From: the human T2T-CHM13v2.0 reference genome, Homo sapiens
Length of the DNA stretch: 64,000 nt
NCBI RefSeq assembly: GCF_009914755.1
Contig: NC_060937.1
Direction: 5' to 3' (one strand)
The notes beneath the pieces are model-generated. The model had not been told where the DNA came from. It was given only the letters and a program-made list of their open reading frames with translations, and did no database searches. Shown piece by piece: positions 56,546-64,000 of the stretch. Each line of letters starts with the position of its first letter. The stretch's first letter is position 1. The position numbers and the translations under genes were made by a program.

Positions 56546-58338
56546 TTTATATACATATATATATATATATATATAAATTCTCAAATATATCAACAACCTA
56601 AGGATGCTTCTCAAGGAACTAGGAAAACAAAACATAAAATTATTAGAAAAAAATAATAAAGATCAGAGCACAAAAGAGACTAAAACATCTGTAAAAGACA
56701 ATGAAATGAGTTTTTAGAAAACATAAAATCGACAAGCCTTTAGTTAGACTAACAGAGAATACTACAACAAACAAAATCATAGATTAAAAAAGACACAGTA
56801 AAGTTGATACCACAGAAATACAAAGGAGCATAATAAATTTCTATGAAAATTTCTATGTCGACAAATAGGAAAACCTGGAAGAAATTGATATATTCCTGGA
56901 TACATACAACCTACCAACATTTTAAAAAGAAGAAATACATAACGTGAAAAGACCTTCAACAATTAGGAAAAAAAAGACTTTCAAATTGGAAAGGAGGAAG
57001 CCAAATTGTTTCTCTTTGTAGATGACATGTTCTTATATATACAAAATCTTAAAAATTCCACCAAAAAAACTGTTAAAACAAATAAACTCAGTAAAGTCAC
57101 AGGATTCAAAATCAACGTACAAAAATCAGTAGCATTTCCATATGTCAATAACAAACTATCTGAAAAAGAAATCAAGAAAGCAATTCCATTTATAATAGAT
57201 AATAAATAACAAATAAATAAATTTAACCAAGCAGGTGAAATATCTGTACAATGAAAACTATAAAACACTGATGAAAGAAATTGAAGAGGAAATGAATAAA
57301 TGGAAAGATATCTGATGTTCATGAATTGGAAGAATTAATATTGTTAAAATGTCCATGCTATCCAAAGTGATCTACAGATCCAATGCAATCTCTATCAAAA
57401 TTTTAATATAATTCGTAGCAAAAGTAGAAAAAAATTACTAAAATTTATCTGAAACTAAAAAAGAGATCTCAAATAGACAAAGCAACAATGAGCAAAGAAG
57501 AAGAAAACTGGAGGCCTCACACTACCTGATTTCAAAATACACAGCAAAGCTGTAGTAACCAAAACAGCTCAGTGTTGGCGTAAAAACAGACACATAGACC
57601 AATGGAACAGAAAAGAGAGCCCAGAAATAAGTCCACTCATTAAAGGCAAGTGATTTTCAACAAAGGTGTTAAGAACACACAATGGGAAAAGGACAGTCTC
57701 TTCAATAAATGGTGCTAGGAAATCTGGATATACACATACAAATAATAAAATGTGACCCTTAACTGTCACCATATACAAAAATGAACTTAAAATGGATGAG
57801 ACTGACTCTATGAAACTACTGAAACTACTAAAAAATAAACATTATATAAATTGATTGAACAAGGATATTTGAGACAAGATGGCAAAAGTAAAAGCCACAA
57901 AAGCAAAATAATCAAATCGGAGTACATCAAACTAAAAAGCTTCTTCGCAGCAAAGGAAACATTCAACAGAGTGAAAAAATAGGGTTTAGTAGAGACAGGG
58001 TTTCACCGTGTTGGCCAGGATGGACTCAATCTCTTGACCTCGTGATCCGCCCGCCTTGGCTTCCCAAACCACTGGGATTACAAACATGAGCCACCACACC
58101 AGACCAAAAGAGTATTTTCTTTAGCAGTATTATGTGAGATTCATCTAGGTAAGGCATAAAACTCATTATTTTATGTAATGATTTCATATACTTATAATAA
58201 TTGGAGGAAATATTTTCCAAATATCCATCTGACAATTTGTTACCATCCAGAAGGTATAAGGAACTCAAACACCTCAATAGCAAAAATACAACAAATCCAT
58301 TTGGAAAATGGGCAAAATCTATTTATAGATATTTCTCC

Positions 58339-58379
<41 letters not shown>

Positions 58380-59165
58380 CAACTGTCTTTTGTCTTTTTG
58401 ATTATATGTAATCAAAAGGTTATGTATTATATGTATAACTGAAAATAAATTCTGGCAATGATGTGCACAAAGGGAAACTTTTGTACACTGCTGGTGGAAA
58501 TATAGATTAGCACAAGCATTATGGAAAACAATATGGCAGTTTCTTAACAAATTTGAAAATAGATGTGCCATATGATACCATATGATCCAGGAATCACACT
58601 ACTAGGTATATATCCAAAGGAAATATGTGAAGAGACATTCGAACTCACTTGTTTTTTTCAGAGCTGTTCACAATAGCCAAAGTAAGGAATCAGTGTAAAT
58701 GTCCAATAGATGAAAGGGTAAAGAAAATATGGTATTATGTGTATTTACACAATGGAATTCTATTCAATACAGAAAGACAAATACCACATGATCTCATTCA
58801 TATGTGAAATTTAAAAGAATTCATTTTATAAAAGTTAAAAGAGTTACCATAGTCTTGAGAAAAGGTTACCATAGTCTTGAGAAAATAAGGTGCAAGGTGA
58901 ATGGGAAAAATTTGGTCAACGGGTACAATGTTACAATTAGATAGGAGAAATAAATTTTGGTACTTTATTGCACAGTAGGGTGACTACTATTACAATTAAC
59001 TTGAAGAAAGCATTTTAAATATTCTCATAACAAATTATACATATTTAAAGTGATGCATATGTTAATTCCCATGGTTTGATCATTACACAACATATACATG
59101 TATCAAAACATCACGTTGTACCCATAAGTATGTGCAATTACTATGTGTCAACAAAAATAAAATAA
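55440..59165 (+). mobile_element. L1MA-type element (inter-ORF region, ORF2, 3' UTR) with internal deletion, microsatellites and a templated insertion
   Basis: Endonuclease-region DNA at 55620-56400; RT motif 'LFVDDMFLY' at ~57010; 3' end 'actatgtgtcaacaaaaataaaa'. (CA)n(TA)n at ~56496-56574 and (CA)n at ~58341-58378. Confidence 0.9.
57985..58200 (+). repeat. Direct copy of 62026-62241 (Alu left arm + unique flank)
   Basis: The non-Alu 95 bp differ at only 2 positions by eye. Confidence 0.95.
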
Positions 59166-60239
59166 GAATTTTGGCACCCTGATTTTTGTTTTTCCTTTAA
59201 CATTCACACTTATCTTTATTCTTAGCATATTTGTTATCCTATTCAAAGGATAATCAAAATATTTGTGTTTTTAGGTAAAGGAAGCAGCACACATGAATAC
59301 CACAATGGGAAGAGAACGAACAGAGTAAATGATTCTCTTTTTGTTGTTTTGTTTGTTTTTTATTAATACCTCTCTCACCATTTACATATGCTTTCTAACA
59401 AAGAGTTGTGTCGACTTATGTAAACCCCCTCCAGTGTGTCAAATACTGATATATACCCACAAAAATGTTAGATGAGGCAGAGTAGATGGATCTGAAGAAA
59501 AGAGGTGAAACTCAGAGTTGGGGAAGTCAGGCAGACACAGTGTGGAAGCAACAAGATTCTACTCAATGACAACTGTGTGTTAGTCTTGATTAATGAGAAA
59601 ACTATCCAAAACTGCTTTTGTTCTTGTAATATCTCTAGTTTTTACTGAAATTTAGATCTATTATCTAATAATTTCAATAATTACTTTCTAAGCATTTAGC
59701 AATTCATCACATCTACAAGTTCCCTCCTAAATTAACTCATTATAAGTTCGATTTTGCTTAATTTATTCTCTAACATTTTATTACAATAAATTAAATGATA
59801 ATGTTCTCATTAAAATGAAATAAGAAATATTATCATGAGATTTATAAAAGAACATTTTCTAATTTCTGCCTTAATTTTATTTATTAATATTTTTCATGAC
59901 ATTTTCCTTAACACTTTTTACTAAAATTGTGTACCTGTTTATTATTACTTTATAACATCATGTATATTTATAAAAATACACTCATTATTACATTAAAAAC
60001 TTCACTTTTATTTAATATTTTTCTTTAAGGATATTAAAAAATATTTAAAACATAAAATAGGCTTATCACTTCACAAAAAATGTAATTTTTGTATTTTATT
60101 GAAGAAACATTTGTGGTTTAATTTGACAATATTATTATTATTGGATTTATATACTAAGTCATTCATTCTGCATATTTTGAAAACTTAAGGATAAAATGTT
60201 TTTCCTATTGGAATATTAAGAAGTTATAATCATTTCCAA

Positions 60240-60545
60240 AGTTAAGCCGGAGAACATTGTACTAAATGAAATAAGCTAGTAACAGAGCTACACATACTGC
60301 ATAATTCCACTGATAGAAAATATCTAAAATAGTCACTTAGAGAAAGAGAGAGGAGTGGTGGTTATCTGGGACTTAAGAAGGGAAAAATTGGGAGTAGCTG
60401 TTCAGCAAGTGTAAAATTTCAGTTAAATAATTTGAATAAATTTTAAAGATCTGATATATGACATTGTGCCTATAATTAAAAATACTGCACTGTGCACTTA
60501 AAAATGTGTTGAGAGGGAAGATAGCATGTTCTTACCACATTTAAA
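60240..60545 (+). mobile_element. L1MB-like 3' end
   Basis: 'actaaatgaaataagc...catactgcataattccac...tactgcactgtgcacttaaaaat'. Confidence 0.75.
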
Positions 60546-61000
60546 ACAATCCATTGATATGTGTGTATGTGTAGAAATGATAGCACTTCAGCAAAGTAAT
60601 AGATATGTTTACCAATGTTTAGTAATTTAGAAAGAAAAGAAGTTTCAGCATTAAGGTGAATTTAATATCATTTATGTAAAATATATTGGTTACAAACAAA
60701 AACTACTTTATCACAGAAATGTGATGGTCTTATATTGACTAGTATTACCTTTTTATCTCTTCTATAACAGAAAAATTAGGAAGATGGATTTGGAGAATAG
60801 TAAAATAAGATATGATAATGCAAATTGAATCAGAAGCAAATTTAATATATTTTTTTGGAAAACGCATAGGAGATTTTTAAAAATTATGTTTACTTGGTCA
60901 ATAAGGAAAATTTACTCAAGAGAATATTAAATACAATAATTTTAACTAATTTTAATGCCTAAGCTATTAAGAATAATTTACTGCATAACACTTTATGTAA

Positions 61001-61326
61001 TTATTATTTTTTGAGATGGAGTCTCCCTTTGTTGCCTAGGCTGGAGTGCAGCTTCACAATCTTGGCTCACAGCAACCAGTTGCACGATCTGGATTTACAG
61101 CAAACTCAGCCTCCTGGGTTCAAATGATTCTCATGCTTCAGCCTCCTGGGTAGCTGGGATTACCGGCATGTGCCACCATGCCCTGCTAATTTTTTTTTTG
61201 TATTCTTAGTAGAGACAGGTTTTGTCCTGTTGGCCAGGCTTGTCTCGAACTCCTGCCCTCAAGTTATCTGCCCACCTAGGCCTCCCAAAGTGCTGGGATT
61301 ACAGGCTTGAGCTACCACGCCTGGCC
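61001..61326 (-). mobile_element. AluS with a small internal duplication (~61056-61105)
   Basis: TSD actttatgtaa (60990-61000 / 61328-61338). Confidence 0.93.
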
Positions 61327-61832
61327 TACTTTATGTAAAATGTGTAATTAATACATGCAGCTTATCTCCTAAGTTATTTTACTTTTTAAAATCTAAATTA
61401 TATTGTGATGGTTGATGGTATTCTCCAAATTTTATGAAATATACTCTATATGTAGATAAAAATATTTGACAAGCTTAGAAAAATGTTTTAGTCTGAATAG
61501 TCAAATATTTGTTAAGACCATGAGTAGTTCAGAATTCAGAAAATATTTTTAATTTCAATTTTTCCATCTTACAATTGAGATTATCTTAATGTATTTGTAT
61601 TTATTATAGTTTCATCATAGACTACATAGACAATGAAATAATTAATTGAAACTTAGGTAGTATATTTTTAGGTTTGTTATATACATCCAGTGCAACCAAC
61701 ATGACTTTACTATATATGTTACAAAAGCAATTGCAATGAAAACAGGATTTTTTGTGTTAATTAATTTTTATGAACCTCAAATACTGAGAAAACCTTTACA
61801 TCTATTGTCAGTAACTTTGAAACAATATTTCC

Positions 61833-62146
61833 TTTTTTTCTTTTTTTTAATTATTACTTTTTTTTTTTTTGAGATGGAGTCTCACTCTGTCAACAGGCTA
61901 GAGTATAGTGGCGTGATGGCTCGCTGGAACCTCTGCCTAGTGGGGGCAAGTGATTCTCCTGCCTCAGCTTCCAGAGTAGCTGGGACTACAGGTACACACC
62001 ACCATGCCCAGCTAATTTTTGTATTTTTAGTGGAGACAGATTTTCACCATGTTGGCCAGGATGGTCTTAATCTCTTGACCTCATGATCTGCCCACCTTGG
62101 CTTCCCAAAGCACTGGGATTACAGACATGAGCCACCACTGCAGGCC
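61833..62146 (-). mobile_element. Full-length AluSc-like element
   Basis: Both arms present; degenerate TSD aaacaatatttcc / aaacagtattttc. Confidence 0.93.
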
Positions 62147-62439
62147 AAAACAGTATTTTCTTTAGCAGTATTATGTGAGATTCATCTAGGTAAGGCATAA
62201 AACTCATTATTTTATGTAAAGATTTCATATACTTATAATAAAAATGTACTTGATTTTATCTTATTCCACATATGAATTTACATATCCTCATCTTATTCAT
62301 CCTTATAGAAACAGTTACATATTTCAAAGAAACAGAAAGAATTAGTTTATTTAGTTCTGTCATCCATATTCTAATAATCTCTTGTACAGAAATTAATATT
62401 AATGTTTCTCTAATATTAGAAACTAATTCTTAATTTTGT

Positions 62440-62870
62440 GTGTAAATACAAAAGACCTAGAAAAGCTAAAATGATGATAAAAAAGAAAAATAAATTTGGA
62501 GGACTTATATTACTTGAATTAAGACATTAAAAATAGAAACATATAATTTCGGACAATAGTCTGAAAGTTTGTGTAAAAAAAGCAACTAAACGTACACATT
62601 TCCAATCCTAGGTATAACCTCCTTCCGAATTAAAATTGACTTCTAATAAAATTTTTACAAAAATGTTTCTAGAATTTTTATTCATGATAGCCCAAACATG
62701 AATAATCTCACTGTGTATGAAGAGGAAAATGGTAAAACAATTGTGTATTTTAGCAATGGAATTCTCAGAAAAAAGAAGAAAACAATGAAAGGGAAATTGA
62801 AAAAGGCAGCAGGAATGGGTCTCAGAACCATTTTTCACTGTGAAAGAAGTATAGATAAAAGTGTAAGGAA
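62440..62870 (+). mobile_element. Old L1M ORF2/3' fragments
   Basis: 'aaaaagaaaaataaatttggaggacttatattac' and 'tttattcatgatagcccaaac'. Confidence 0.65.
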
Positions 62871-62875
62871 TGGAA

Positions 62876-64000
62876 GAGGCTGGCAAGATGGCCAAATAGG
62901 AACAGCTCTGGTCTGCAGCTCTCAGAGAGATTGACATAGAAGGCAGGTGATTTCTGCATTTCCAACTGAGGTACATGGTTCACCTCATTGGGACTGGTTG
63001 GAGAGTGGATGCAGCCCAAGAAGGTTGAGCAGAAGCAGGGTGTGGCGTTGCCTCACCCTGCGAAGGTTGGGGTTGGAGAGGGTTGGGGAACTCCCTCTCC
63101 TCACCAAAGGAAGCCATTAGGGACTGTACCATGCACTCCAGCCCAGATACTGTGCTTTTCCCATGGTCTTCACAACCCACAGACCAGGAAATTCCTTCCA
63201 GACCCTGGGTTTCCAGAACAAAACTGGGTGACCATTTGGGCAGACAGAGCTAGCGGCAGGAGTTTCTTTTTCATAGCCCAGTAGTGACAAAACAGAAATG
63301 TTTACTCCCTGGAAAGGGGGCTGAAGCCAGGGAGCCAAGTAGTCTGGCTCAGCGGGTGCCACTCTCATAGAGCCCAGCAAGCTAAGATCCACTGGCTTGA
63401 AATCCTCACTGCCAGCACAGCAGTCTGAGATCGACCTGGGAAGCTCGAGCTTGGTAGCGGGAGAGGCATCTGCCATAGCTGAGGCTTGAGTAGGAGGTTT
63501 TACCCTCACGGTGTAAACAAAGCTGCCGGGAAGTTCAAACTGGGCAGAGCCCACCGCAGATCAGCAAGGCTGCTACTGCCAGATTGCCTATCTAGATTCC
63601 CTCCTCTCTCGGCAGAGCACCTCTGAAAAACAAGGCAGCAGCCCCAGTCAGGGACATATAGATACAACCCTCAACTCCATGGGACAGAGCACCTAGGGGA
63701 AGGGGCAGTTGTGGGCACAGCTTCAGCAGACTTATACATCCCTGCCTGGCAGCCCTGAAGAGAGCAGTGGATCTACAAGCACAGTGTTCGAGCTCTGATA
63801 AGGGACAGACTGCCTCCTCACGTGTGGGTCCCTCACCCCCATGTATCCTGACTGGGAGACACCTCCCAGAAGTGGCCGACAGACACCTCATAGAGGAGAA
63901 TTCTGGCTGGCATCTGGTAGGTGCCCCTCCGGGACAAAACTTCCAGAGAAAGGAACAGGCAGCAATCTTTGCTGTTCTGCAGCCTCTGCTGGTGAAACTC
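62876..64000 (+). mobile_element. 5' UTR of a probably full-length L1PA (PA7/PA8-like), continuing beyond the window
   Basis: ggctggcaagatggccaaataggaacagctc...gtgatttctgcatttccaactgaggtac; GC-rich. Confidence 0.92.
62884..62893 (+). promoter_or_regulatory. YY1 site of the L1 internal promoter
   Basis: caagatggcc at the L1 5' end, the established YY1 position. Confidence 0.75.

Overview
AT-rich, repeat-dense primate (human-like) genomic DNA with no supportable protein-coding gene, RNA gene, CRISPR array or prokaryotic system. Roughly half to two thirds of the window (estimated by eye) is recognisable transposable-element sequence: Alus, L1PA/L1PB/L1M LINEs, L2/MIR, MaLR elements (THE1, MST, MLT1), ERV1/ERVL LTRs and Tigger/MER5 DNA transposons. 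The ORF-track entries are repeat-derived or chance ORFs. I found no new biological system. The most interesting signals are fossil traces of unusual integration or repair events: a 115-bp inverted duplication of flanking DNA at an L1PB insertion (11.8-12.65 kb); a 216-bp locally templated copy of Alu-plus-flank DNA placed in an L1 4 kb from its donor (58.0 vs 62.0 kb); a twin-primed inverted L1PA; a full-length THE1 with a duplicated PPT/U3 junction; four-level nesting of elements; and an open ORF0-like frame in an older L1PA 5' UTR. Subfamily names come from recalled consensus sequences and need RepeatMasker/Dfam confirmation.
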